Both the position numbers and the translations under genes were made by a program. From assembly GCA_041653755.1 (NCBI GenBank), contig JBAZEU010000003.1:18738-82737 (forward strand): a DNA stretch of 64,000 nt, in the 5' to 3' direction. This document shows positions 1-8,664 of the stretch, one piece after another (the first letter of the stretch is position 1; each line of letters begins with the position of its first letter). Source of the DNA: Minisyncoccota bacterium. GTDB taxonomy: Bacteria > Patescibacteriota > Minisyncoccia > UBA6257 > UBA9933. The notes beneath the pieces are model-generated. The model had not been told where the DNA came from. It ran no database searches and saw only the letters and a list, made by a program, of their open reading frames with translations.

Positions 1-126
1 GAAAAAATCAGGAAATCGCCGCTGACTCAAAAAACCCAGAATATCGTTGATTCTTTGGGGTTTAGCTTATTGATAATTTTGTCTATAATAATAATGGTAA
101 AAGACATTAAAGGGCTATTTTAGAAA

Positions 127-1350
127 ATGCGGCAATCAAAACTTTTTACTAAAACTAAAAAAGAATTTCCCAGAGATGAAGAGGCGAAGAATGCCAAGCT
201 TTTGATCCGCGCTGGTTTTATAGACAAGCTGATGGCTGGCGTTTATTCTTTTCTGCCTCTCGGACTTAGGGTAATCCAGAAAATCGAAAATATAATCAGA
301 GAAGAAATGAATAATGCCGACGGGCAAGAAGTTCTAATGCCGGTTTTACATCCGAAAGAAAACTGGGAAAAAACCGGTCGTTGGGGATCCTTTGACGCTC
401 TATATAAATTAAAGAGCAGGTTTGATAAAGAATTTGCTCTTGGACCAACCCATGAAGAAATAATTGTCCCTTTAGCAAAACAATTTATAAATTCTTATAA
501 AAATCTGCCGTCCTATCTCTACCAGATTCAAACCAAACTTAGAGACGAAGAAAGGCCTAAATCAGGTTTGTTGCGAGGAAGAGAATTTTTGATGAAAGAT
601 TTTTACAGCTTCCATGAATCCGAAAAAGATTTGGATACTTTCTATAACAAAATGATTGAGGTTTATCAAAAAACCTTCAAGAAATTAGGGCTTGATACTT
701 TAGTCGTCGAGGCTTCTGGAGGAAGTTTTTCCAAATATTCTCATGAATTTCAGGCGCTTAACGAAAATGGAGAAGATAAAATTATTCATTGCGACTGCGG
801 TTTCGCTCAAAATAAAGAAATATGCAGCTTGAAAGAAGGGGATAAATGTCCGAAATGCAGCGGAAAAGTAAAAGTAGACAATGGCATTGAGGTTGGGAAT
901 ATTTTTAGATTAGGAACAAAATTTTCGGAAGCGTTTGATTTAAAATTTAAAGGAAAAGATGGCAAAGAAAAAATGGTTGAAATGGGATGCTATGGAATGG
1001 GAATCAGTAGAATAATGGCGGCAATCGCAGAGGTTTCATCCGACGATAAAGGGCTTGTTTGGCCAGAAAACGTTTCACCGTTTAAGATTCATCTAATGGC
1101 GTTAGGCAGTCAGAAAAAAGAAGCGGAAAAAATTTATCAATCTTTACAAAAAGAAAATATCGCTGTATTATTTGATGACCGCGACGATATAAGTGTTGGA
1201 GAAAAATTTGCCGATGCTGATTTAATCGGAATCCCTTATAGAATAGTAATCAGCGATAAAACCGTAAAAGAGAAGAAAGTTGAATTGAAGAAAAGAAAAG
1301 AAGAAAAAGCTCGATTGGTGACTCAACGACAATTATTAAAATTAATTTAG
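127..1350 (+). CDS. proS: prolyl-tRNA synthetase (short form with Cys4 zinc-ribbon insertion)
   Basis: N-terminus ...LLIRAGFI..GVYSFLPLGLRV and class II motif 2 LLRGREFLMKDFYSFH are ProRS-specific; HCDCG...CPKCSG zinc ribbon; 407 aa (no editing INS domain). Confidence 0.8.
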   Translation: MRQSKLFTKTKKEFPRDEEAKNAKLLIRAGFIDKLMAGVYSFLPLGLRVIQKIENIIREEMNNADGQEVLMPVLHPKENWEKTGRWGSFDALYKLKSRFDKEFALGPTHEEIIVPLAKQFINSYKNLPSYLYQIQTKLRDEERPKSGLLRGREFLMKDFYSFHESEKDLDTFYNKMIEVYQKTFKKLGLDTLVVEASGGSFSKYSHEFQALNENGEDKIIHCDCGFAQNKEICSLKEGDKCPKCSGKVKVDNGIEVGNIFRLGTKFSEAFDLKFKGKDGKEKMVEMGCYGMGISRIMAAIAEVSSDDKGLVWPENVSPFKIHLMALGSQKKEAEKIYQSLQKENIAVLFDDRDDISVGEKFADADLIGIPYRIVISDKTVKEKKVELKKRKEEKARLVTQRQLLKLI

Positions 1351-1364
1351 GATTTTTTCTATAG

Positions 1365-2408
1365 ATGACCTTTTTAAATTATCTTAAAAAAGATATCGGG
1401 ATAGATTTAGGCACAACCAATTCTTTGGTTTATTTGAAGCAACGGGGGATTATTATCAACGAACCCACCATTGTCGCCATCAATACTAAAAGCGGCCAAG
1501 TTTTAGCCATTGGCAATGAAGCTAAAAAAATGCTTGGTCGCACACCTAATCACATAAGCGTAATAAAGCCGCTGATTAATGGCGTTGTTTCAGATTTTGA
1601 GATGGCCCAAGAGATTCTCCGACATTTCTTCAAAAAAATAAATCAAAATTCTTTCTTTAATTACAATCGTTTAGTCGTTGGAATTCCTACCAATTTAACT
1701 GAAGTCGAAAGAAAATCCGTTGAAGATGCTGCTATGGCTGCCGGCGCCAATAAAGTTTTTTTGGTCGAAGAACCGGTAGCCGCAGTTTTAGGAGCAAGAT
1801 TGCCCGTTAACGAGCCGATCGCCAATATGATCGTTGACATCGGCGGCGGCACTACCGAAATTGCCATTATTTCATTAGACGGAGTAGTAACGGCTAAAAG
1901 CTTAAAAATAGCCGGCGATAAATTTAACGAAGACATTATCAGATATATTCGTGACGAATTTAAATTAGTGATTGGTGAACCGACCGCCGAAGAATTAAAG
2001 ATTACTATCGGTTCTGCGATACCGCTGGATGAAAGATTAGAGTTGGCAGTTCGCGGCAGAGATATGTCCACAGGCTTGCCTAAAGAAATTATGGTAAAAC
2101 ACGGCCAAATAAGAACTGCTTTAAATAACTCAATTGTTTCAATTATTGATACCGTGAAAGAAACGATTGAATCTACCCCTCCAGAACTTGTAGGAGACAT
2201 ATTAAAACAAGGCATTCATCTGTGCGGAGGCGGCAGTTTATTAAAAGGAATTGACCAACGAATTGAGAAAGAAGTAGGCGTTCCAACGACAATCGTAGAC
2301 GAGCCGTTAACCTGCGTGGTAAGAGGAACTGGCATTATCGCAGAGAATTTTTCCTTCTATACAAAAAATCTTTCTACTCCTTTAAAGCCGCTTGATATCA
2401 AGCTGTGA
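1365..2408 (+). CDS. mreB: rod shape-determining protein MreB (actin-like ATPase)
   Basis: IGIDLGTTNSLVY..GIIINEPTIVAI, DIGGGTTEIAIIS actin-fold motifs; followed by mreC/mreD. Confidence 0.9.
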   Translation: MTFLNYLKKDIGIDLGTTNSLVYLKQRGIIINEPTIVAINTKSGQVLAIGNEAKKMLGRTPNHISVIKPLINGVVSDFEMAQEILRHFFKKINQNSFFNYNRLVVGIPTNLTEVERKSVEDAAMAAGANKVFLVEEPVAAVLGARLPVNEPIANMIVDIGGGTTEIAIISLDGVVTAKSLKIAGDKFNEDIIRYIRDEFKLVIGEPTAEELKITIGSAIPLDERLELAVRGRDMSTGLPKEIMVKHGQIRTALNNSIVSIIDTVKETIESTPPELVGDILKQGIHLCGGGSLLKGIDQRIEKEVGVPTTIVDEPLTCVVRGTGIIAENFSFYTKNLSTPLKPLDIKL

Positions 2409-3118
2409 TGAAAAGAGCTTCATTTCTAATCTTTGCGATTTGTCTATTGGCAGTAATTTTTTTTACTAAGTTTTTTATAATAAAAACAAATTTCCCTTTG
2501 AACCGCTTTTTTTCCACGCAGAAAAGCCTTTACGATGAAAATCTTTCTTTAAAAAAACAAAATCAAGAGCTAAAAGCCCAAATTTTTAAATTTCATCAAG
2601 CGGTAGACTATAAGCTTATTGCTTCTTCTACCAGTGTTTGGCTCAGGCAATATCAATATGAAACCGCCAAAGTGCTTTCCAGCTATCCGTTCAATACCAA
2701 AAATGCTTTAATAGTTAATCTTGGAACCGTTGATAATGTAAAAAAGATGATGCCGGTAGTAATAAGTGAAAATGTTCTGATAGGGGAAGTAGAAGAGGTA
2801 TTCGATAGATATAGCGTCGTTAAAACCATTTTCGATCCATCTTTTCAGCTTCCAATCCGCATCGGCGAAAGCGAAATAGACGGCTTTTTAACTGGCGGCG
2901 ATAGAATAAAAATTTCTTTAGTAGAAAAAGAAAAAGAAATAAAAATCGGCGATGTCGTTTACTCGGCCTCTAAAGATTTTCCCTATGGTTTAAAAATCGG
3001 AGAAATCAACGAAATCAATGATTCGACCAATGGGAATTTTAAAGAGGCGTTTATTTCCCCGTCTTTTAATCTTAACGAGTTAAGAGATGTTTATCTGATT
3101 TTAAGCAATGGCAAATAA
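2405..3118 (+). CDS. mreC: rod shape-determining protein MreC
   Basis: N-terminal TM, coiled coil, beta-rich C-terminus; synteny mreB-mreC-mreD; overlapping stop/start with mreB. Confidence 0.7.
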   Translation: MMKRASFLIFAICLLAVIFFTKFFIIKTNFPLNRFFSTQKSLYDENLSLKKQNQELKAQIFKFHQAVDYKLIASSTSVWLRQYQYETAKVLSSYPFNTKNALIVNLGTVDNVKKMMPVVISENVLIGEVEEVFDRYSVVKTIFDPSFQLPIRIGESEIDGFLTGGDRIKISLVEKEKEIKIGDVVYSASKDFPYGLKIGEINEINDSTNGNFKEAFISPSFNLNELRDVYLILSNGK

Positions 3119-3560
3119 TAATTTTTTAACCATTTTTTGTTTAGTACTGACTATATTGCTGGCCATTATTCAGGTAACCGCTATTTCTTCCTTTGGCATT
3201 AAGCCAAACCTGGCTTTAATCGGCTTAATTATTTCAGCTGTTTTTATCAATTCTTTCTGGCTGTTTTTATGCCTAACAGCGGTAATTGCTTTTATCCTAA
3301 AGTTCCAACCGGGATTTGACTTGCAGATTATGGTTTTTTTATTAATCGCTTTAATTATTTATCTATTGATTAAATATTCTTCTTGGCAGCCGTTTTTGAG
3401 CATAAATGTTTTCGTTCTTATTTTTACGGCTACCTTTTATCTTTTAACTTCTTCCGAGCTTATTTTTTCAAGTATCTTTTTAAAAGAATTGGTCTATAAT
3501 GTGATTATTGCTAACTTTATTTTAATGCTCTTATGGCCAAAAACAAAGAAATCTACCTAG
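3108..3560 (+). CDS. mreD: rod shape-determining protein MreD (polytopic membrane protein)
   Basis: 150 aa, ~5 TM helices, position after mreC and before PBP2. Confidence 0.6.
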   Translation: MANNNFLTIFCLVLTILLAIIQVTAISSFGIKPNLALIGLIISAVFINSFWLFLCLTAVIAFILKFQPGFDLQIMVFLLIALIIYLLIKYSSWQPFLSINVFVLIFTATFYLLTSSELIFSSIFLKELVYNVIIANFILMLLWPKTKKST

Positions 3561-5365
3561 AAGAAGCTATCCTTGATGATTTTGCCAAAGATTTAGATCT
3601 CATTGAGCTACCGCTCTCTGAAAAAGCTTTTAAGCTGGTAAAAGTGCTTATTCTTTTTGCGGTTTTGGCTGCAGTGGGAGAAATTTTGTTTTTGGGAGTT
3701 ATAAAAGGCAAATTCTATCAAAACAGAGCTCTTCTTAACGCTGCGGAAAAAACAACGCTTTTAGCCGAAAGGGGATTAATTTTTGACAGATTCGGCAAAC
3801 CCTTAGTTTCGAATTCTTCAACTTTCCGCCTGAATCTAAAAATTTCCAATTTTATCAAAGATAAAAACGAAGAAGAACGAACGATAAAAACGTTGAAAGA
3901 AGTTCTTGGTTTCACGACTGCTGATGTCGAAGATTTTTTGAAAAAGATAAAAGAAGTTGATTTAGAAACCCAAAACTCAATTGTCGTTAAAGAAATAACG
4001 CCTGCTCAAGCGCTGACATTGAAAAATTTAAACCTTGATTCTCTTGAGGTGGAAGAAGGATTCAAAAGAATTTACAATGAACCAGAAACTTTTTCTCATT
4101 TAATCGGCTATACGACCTTCACTAGCGCAAAAGACCTAGAGAAAGATTCTTCTTTGTCTTTTAATGACTTAGTTGGCAGAAGCGGTCTGGAAGCATATTA
4201 CAATAATGAGCTTAAAGGAGAAAATGGCATTATTCTTAGCTACCGCAACACCAAAGGAGAAATTATCGAAAAGAAACAGCTTAATAATCCTATTTCCGGA
4301 GAAAATCTTAATCTGACTATTGATTCTGAATTTCAATCATATTTCTATAACCGTATGCAAGAAGGGTTAAGAAGCTTAGGCAGAGACGCCGGGATTGGCA
4401 TTGCCATAAATCCTCAAAACGGAGAAGTTTTATCTTTAATAAGCATCCCCAGTTTCAACAATAATAAAATAACCCAAGAGGCCTTAACTAATCCCTCAAA
4501 ACCATTTTTCGATCGTGCGATAAGCGGCGCATACTCGCCCGGATCAACCATCAAACCGTTGGTGGCTATTGCGGCATTAAAAGAAAAAATAATCAGCCCT
4601 TTAAAAGAAATTCTATCAACCGGCTACATTGAAGTTCCTAATCCATATTATCCGGATAAGCCATCCCGCTTTCTTGACTGGAAACCTAATGGCTGGGTTA
4701 ATTTTTATTCGGCTATTGCCCGTTCTTGCAATATTTATTTTTACGAAGTCGGCGGCGGGTTTGAAGATCAAAAAGGTCTTGGCATCGAAAAATTAAAAAG
4801 TTACTGGGAAAAATTCGGTTTAGGAGAAAAAACTGGAATTGATTTGCCAGGCGAAGTAACAGGATTTTTGCCAGACGCTTCAACTAAAAAAGGAGGAGAT
4901 AAAATCTGGCGCGTAGGGGATACTTATAACGTTAGCATCGGCCAAGGAGATCTTTTACTTACTCCAATTCAATTAATAAATTATATCGCCTTGATTGCTG
5001 ACAACGGGAAAAATTATCGTCCTTTCGTTGATAAAAATATGGGAGTAAAACCCTTGAAGGACCTTTCAGACCTATTGCCTGAAATTAAAGAAGTTCAGAA
5101 AGGGATGATTGATGCCGTCATAAAGCCCTATGGCACCGCATATTCTTTGAACGACTTGCCGGTTAGCGTAGCGGCCAAAACTGGTTCTGCTCAAACCCAA
5201 AATAATACTGTCACTAATGCTCTTTTTGTAGGTTATGCGCCAGTTGAAAATCCTCAAATTGCAATTCTTGTATTGGTCGAGAATGCCAGAGAAGGAAGCT
5301 TGAACACATTACCGATAGCAAAAGACGTTCTGCTTTGGTATTATAATAAGCGAATCGCTCATTGA
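3533..5365 (+). CDS. mrdA: penicillin-binding protein 2 (peptidoglycan D,D-transpeptidase)
   Basis: N-terminal TM anchor, SxxK motif (PGSTIKP), SxN and KTG(S) motifs (AKTGSAQ); elongasome synteny. Confidence 0.85.
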   Translation: MAKNKEIYLEEAILDDFAKDLDLIELPLSEKAFKLVKVLILFAVLAAVGEILFLGVIKGKFYQNRALLNAAEKTTLLAERGLIFDRFGKPLVSNSSTFRLNLKISNFIKDKNEEERTIKTLKEVLGFTTADVEDFLKKIKEVDLETQNSIVVKEITPAQALTLKNLNLDSLEVEEGFKRIYNEPETFSHLIGYTTFTSAKDLEKDSSLSFNDLVGRSGLEAYYNNELKGENGIILSYRNTKGEIIEKKQLNNPISGENLNLTIDSEFQSYFYNRMQEGLRSLGRDAGIGIAINPQNGEVLSLISIPSFNNNKITQEALTNPSKPFFDRAISGAYSPGSTIKPLVAIAALKEKIISPLKEILSTGYIEVPNPYYPDKPSRFLDWKPNGWVNFYSAIARSCNIYFYEVGGGFEDQKGLGIEKLKSYWEKFGLGEKTGIDLPGEVTGFLPDASTKKGGDKIWRVGDTYNVSIGQGDLLLTPIQLINYIALIADNGKNYRPFVDKNMGVKPLKDLSDLLPEIKEVQKGMIDAVIKPYGTAYSLNDLPVSVAAKTGSAQTQNNTVTNALFVGYAPVENPQIAILVLVENAREGSLNTLPIAKDVLLWYYNKRIAH

Positions 5366-5439
5366 TAAATGAGAGACCGCTTAATATATCGGACGGTCGT
5401 CCGCTATGAAAACAGGATTAAAAAATAATATTTATTCTT

Positions 5440-6429
5440 ATGAAAAGCGATTTGCGTCAAGATATAGTTTCCGGCGACTGGGTAATGATTGCTCCAGACC
5501 GGGCTAAAAGAGATAAAAAAGGACCCTTGGGATTAATCAAAGAAAGCAAAAGGAAAAGACCTCCTCAAAAAGGATGTGTTTTTTGTGACCCAAAGATAAA
5601 TCCCGGGAAACCAATTCTTCTTTATCCGAATAGAGAAGAATACTCAATCAGGGTTATCGAAAATAAATTTCCAGTGCTTACCCACGAAAAAAATCATGCC
5701 CGTTTTTTGAAAAAAGGACTTTATCGCGTAGTCGATGGAATAGGACATCACGAATTAGTCATTACTAAAAATCACGACAATAATTTCGCTCATTTAGAAA
5801 AAAATGTTGCTAATGACGTTTTCCAAGTTTTTCGTAGTCGGTATTCGACATTTTCTAAAGACTCTTGCTGCGCTTATGTTTCAATTTTTCATAATTGGGG
5901 ACCAAAAGCCGGCGCCTCAGTTTATCACCCTCATTATCAAATAATTTCAATGCCTGTTGTTCCGCCCGATATAAGACATTCTCTCGATGGCGCAATGCGG
6001 TTTTTTAATAAACATAAAAAATGTGTTCATTGTGAAATTATAAAATACGAGAAAAAAGAAAAAAAACGAATAGTTTATGAAAATGAAAACGCCATTGTTC
6101 TTGCTCCTTTTGTGGCTCGCGAACCGTTTGAACTGAGAGTATTCCCCAAAAAACATTTTCCTAATTTTGAAAGCACTCCGGAAAAAGATTTAGAAGGCGT
6201 GGTAGAAGCGCTGCAAAAAGCTTTATCAAAAATCGAGACGCGACTCCACGATCCTGATTATAACTTTTTTATCCACACGGCGCCGATAAAAGATGAAATC
6301 AAATATCCTTTTTATCATTGGCATATTGAAATTCAGCCGAAGATAAGCATTTCGGCCGGATTTGAATTAGCGACCGGCGTAGAAATAACCGTTGTCGATC
6401 CTAATGACGCCGCAAAAATACTGAAATGA
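5440..6429 (+). CDS. galactose-1-phosphate uridylyltransferase family protein (GalT-like, HIT superfamily)
   Basis: Cys-x-x-Cys zinc motif CVFCDP and His-Pro-His-x-Gln (HPHYQI) nucleotidyl-transfer motif characteristic of GalT. Confidence 0.6.
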   Translation: MKSDLRQDIVSGDWVMIAPDRAKRDKKGPLGLIKESKRKRPPQKGCVFCDPKINPGKPILLYPNREEYSIRVIENKFPVLTHEKNHARFLKKGLYRVVDGIGHHELVITKNHDNNFAHLEKNVANDVFQVFRSRYSTFSKDSCCAYVSIFHNWGPKAGASVYHPHYQIISMPVVPPDIRHSLDGAMRFFNKHKKCVHCEIIKYEKKEKKRIVYENENAIVLAPFVAREPFELRVFPKKHFPNFESTPEKDLEGVVEALQKALSKIETRLHDPDYNFFIHTAPIKDEIKYPFYHWHIEIQPKISISAGFELATGVEITVVDPNDAAKILK

Positions 6430-7148
6430 AAAAAATAATTGCTTTTAACTGGAAAATGAACCCAGCTTCTAATAAAGAAGTGAAAAAACTTTTTAAAATT
6501 GTTTCTAATTCTGATACCATTGTTTTCCCTCCTTTCGTTTATTTAAATACGCAACCAAAGCTTAAAAAGGCCCGATTGGGCGCACAAAACCTTTTCTGGG
6601 AAAATTCACCCCGCCAGCTGGCGGGTAGAGGAGCTTTCACCGGCGAAATTTCAGCATTAATGCTGAAAAATATGGGCGTTAAATATGTTATTATCGGTCA
6701 TTCTGAAAGAAGAAAATGGCAGCAGGAAACCGATTGGACAATAAATAAAAAAGTAAAAACCGCTCTAAAAGCAGGATTAAAGATAATCTTATGCGTTGGC
6801 GAAAATTATCAAATTAGAAAAAAGGGGATTAAAGCAGTTAAAAGCTTCATAAGAGCTCAACTCCAAAAAGATCTGAAAAAAGTTAATGGTCCGCTGATTG
6901 TGGCATACGAGCCGATCTGGGCAATTGGCAGCGGAAATTTTTGTAAACCCAAAGATGCTTTGGAAATAATAAAATTCATAAAAGAAATCATAAAACCTAA
7001 AACCCCAGTGCTGTACGGCGGTTCAGTCAACAGCAGAAACATTTTAGATTTCTTAAAATATGAAGAAATTGACGGCGTCCTGGTCGGCGGCGCCAGTGTC
7101 GACAAAAAAGAATTAAAATTAATATTGAAGAATATTTATGCTTACTAA
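6426..7148 (+). CDS. tpiA: triosephosphate isomerase
   Basis: FNWKMN, IIGHSERR, AYEPIWAIGSG signature motifs. Confidence 0.9.
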   Translation: MKKIIAFNWKMNPASNKEVKKLFKIVSNSDTIVFPPFVYLNTQPKLKKARLGAQNLFWENSPRQLAGRGAFTGEISALMLKNMGVKYVIIGHSERRKWQQETDWTINKKVKTALKAGLKIILCVGENYQIRKKGIKAVKSFIRAQLQKDLKKVNGPLIVAYEPIWAIGSGNFCKPKDALEIIKFIKEIIKPKTPVLYGGSVNSRNILDFLKYEEIDGVLVGGASVDKKELKLILKNIYAY

Positions 7149-7596
7149 GCTCGTAGCGCAAATCGCTAAGTTCGGAACAGTCGGCGTAATGAACACCGTT
7201 ATAGATATTCTGGTTTTAAATTTACTAACCCAGATTTTCAAATTCAGAAAATCTTTTTCCATAAAAGGGAAAAGATTTATGATCGCTAATGTAATTTCCG
7301 TTACTATTTCGCTAATAAACAGTTTTATTTTCAACAGATATTGGACTTTCCAGGCAACCGGGAATGTTGCTTTCCAAGGAATAAAATTTATGACCGTAGC
7401 GCTGATAGGCGCATATCTCATCCAGCAGCCGGCATTCAATAAACTCTACAACAGCTTCTATTCGATTTTGCCATTTTTAAGACCAAAAGAAGGGGAGAAA
7501 AAAGACTTTTGGAGAATGAATATCTCTAAAGTAATTGCGATTCTTCTGGCGGCAGTTTGGGATTTCTTGGGATACAAGCTTTTTGCATTCAAGTAA
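7138..7596 (+). CDS. GtrA-family membrane protein (polysaccharide synthesis/flippase-associated)
   Basis: 152 aa, 4 TM, N-terminal VAQIAKFGTVGVMNTVIDILVLNLL typical of GtrA family. Confidence 0.6.
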   Translation: MLTKLVAQIAKFGTVGVMNTVIDILVLNLLTQIFKFRKSFSIKGKRFMIANVISVTISLINSFIFNRYWTFQATGNVAFQGIKFMTVALIGAYLIQQPAFNKLYNSFYSILPFLRPKEGEKKDFWRMNISKVIAILLAAVWDFLGYKLFAFK

Positions 7597-7750
7597 ACTG
7601 GGCTTGCCCAGTAGTGAGCCGAGCACAGGAACGCCTAGTCGTTTTCCTTAATAAGGTGTAAGAAATTACCAAATCTATATTTTGTTAGGTTAAGACAATA
7701 TTTTGCCAAAGGCGTTCTGGAAAACGAAGTACTCGATCTACTAACTGGGC

Positions 7751-7780
7751 TTGACTTTTCTGAAACTATCATGCTATAAT
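7751..7780 (+). promoter_or_regulatory. sigma70-type promoter (TTGACT-18nt-TATAAT)
   Basis: near-consensus -35 at 7751-7756 and -10 at 7775-7780 within a 740-nt intergenic region. Confidence 0.5.
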
Positions 7781-7787
7781 ACCGTCA

Positions 7788-7888
7788 GTGAGCGCTAGTA
7801 TTCTTTCGATTAATCGGAGTCGCAAGACGCCAACGAAAGAATCTTTCTCCAAGTACAAAACTCCGACTTATGTCGGAGTTTTGTTTTG
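7788..7888 (+). ncRNA. candidate ~100-nt small RNA bounded by promoter and intrinsic terminator
   Basis: transcript start ~8 nt after -10; internal stem attctttcg/cgaaagaat; terminator hairpin aaaactccgac-ttat-gtcggagtttt followed by GTTTTG (7857-7888); no ORF. Confidence 0.35.
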
Positions 7889-8152
7889 ATATGCTAAGTT
7901 AAATTGATTACAATATATTTAACGAGTAATGCGAGCGGTTACGAGGCGAGCACTCACTAAACAAAAAACTTGGAGGTCACCACTCGTAACCGCTCCCGTT
8001 ACTGGTTAAAATTTTTTGCAAAAAAGTTATCCACAGTTGCATTTGAAATTAATTTTATATAATTAAGGTAGAAGTTCTTAGTCATCAAAAGTTAGCGGGG
8101 GTTGTTTGGTCGACCACCCAATGCTAACTAAAATTAACCTCTCTGCAAACAA

Positions 8153-8227
8153 ATGGCAAAAAAGAAAAAAGCCAAGAAAGCCAAAAAAGCAAAGAAGGCA
8201 AAAAAGGGAGGCAAAAAGAGAAGATAA
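8153..8227 (+). CDS. putative 24-aa poly-lysine/alanine mini-ORF (MAKKKKAKKAKKAKKAKKGGKKRR) upstream of hpf
   Basis: ATG-initiated AAA/AAG-rich ORF, no clear SD; followed by intrinsic terminator 8269-8305; may be regulatory uORF or noncoding. Confidence 0.2.
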   Translation: MAKKKKAKKAKKAKKAKKGGKKRR

Positions 8228-8268
8228 CTCTTGCCTCTATCTTAAACTGAAACATCAGCTTAAGACAT

Positions 8269-8305
8269 AAAACCGCGATGAGCTTTTCACCGCGGTTTTA
8301 TTTTG
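8269..8305 (+). terminator. rho-independent terminator
   Basis: aaaaccgcg-N13-cgcggtttt followed by ATTTTGG. Confidence 0.55.
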
Positions 8306-8337
8306 GTATGCTTAATCCATAAATCTAAATAAAACAA

Positions 8338-8664
8338 ATGAAAATTTCTATCAAACAAACCAATATAGAGGTCACACCAGCTCTCTCCGAATACATCGAC
8401 AAGAAGATTGGCTCTCTGGCAAAACTATTGAAAAAAGCAGAAGACAAATCAGAAGTTCTCCTCTATTTAGAAATTGCCAGAAATACCAAGCATCATCATT
8501 CTGGAAATGTTTTTTCCGCTGATGCCAAATTAGTTCTGCCTAAAAAAACTTTATATGCCAGTCATCCAGATTCGGATATAAGAACCGCTATTGATATCCT
8601 AGAAAAAAAGCTTCAGCAAGAAATCAAAAAGTACAAAGATAAATATTTAACAAAGCATGTTTAA
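8338..8664 (+). CDS. hpf: ribosome hibernation promoting factor (HPF/RaiA, short form)
   Basis: MKISIKQTNIEVTPALSEYIDKKIGSLAKLL matches HPF/YfiA N-terminal fold; located directly upstream of secA as in many bacteria. Confidence 0.8.
   Translation: MKISIKQTNIEVTPALSEYIDKKIGSLAKLLKKAEDKSEVLLYLEIARNTKHHHSGNVFSADAKLVLPKKTLYASHPDSDIRTAIDILEKKLQQEIKKYKDKYLTKHV

Noticed and set aside
1661-2215. antisense ORFs inside mreB (1661-2215), secA (10294-10587), macB (18022-18315), rlmN (20008-20283) and similar shadow ORFs throughout
   Set aside because: Embedded opposite well-supported genes with strong motif evidence; low-complexity translations; no SD or promoter signals.
7788-7888. SRP RNA (4.5S) identity for the sRNA candidate
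   Set aside because: Lacks the conserved domain IV motif (GGUCCGGAAGGAAGCAGCC-like) and the symmetric loop; kept only as a generic sRNA candidate.
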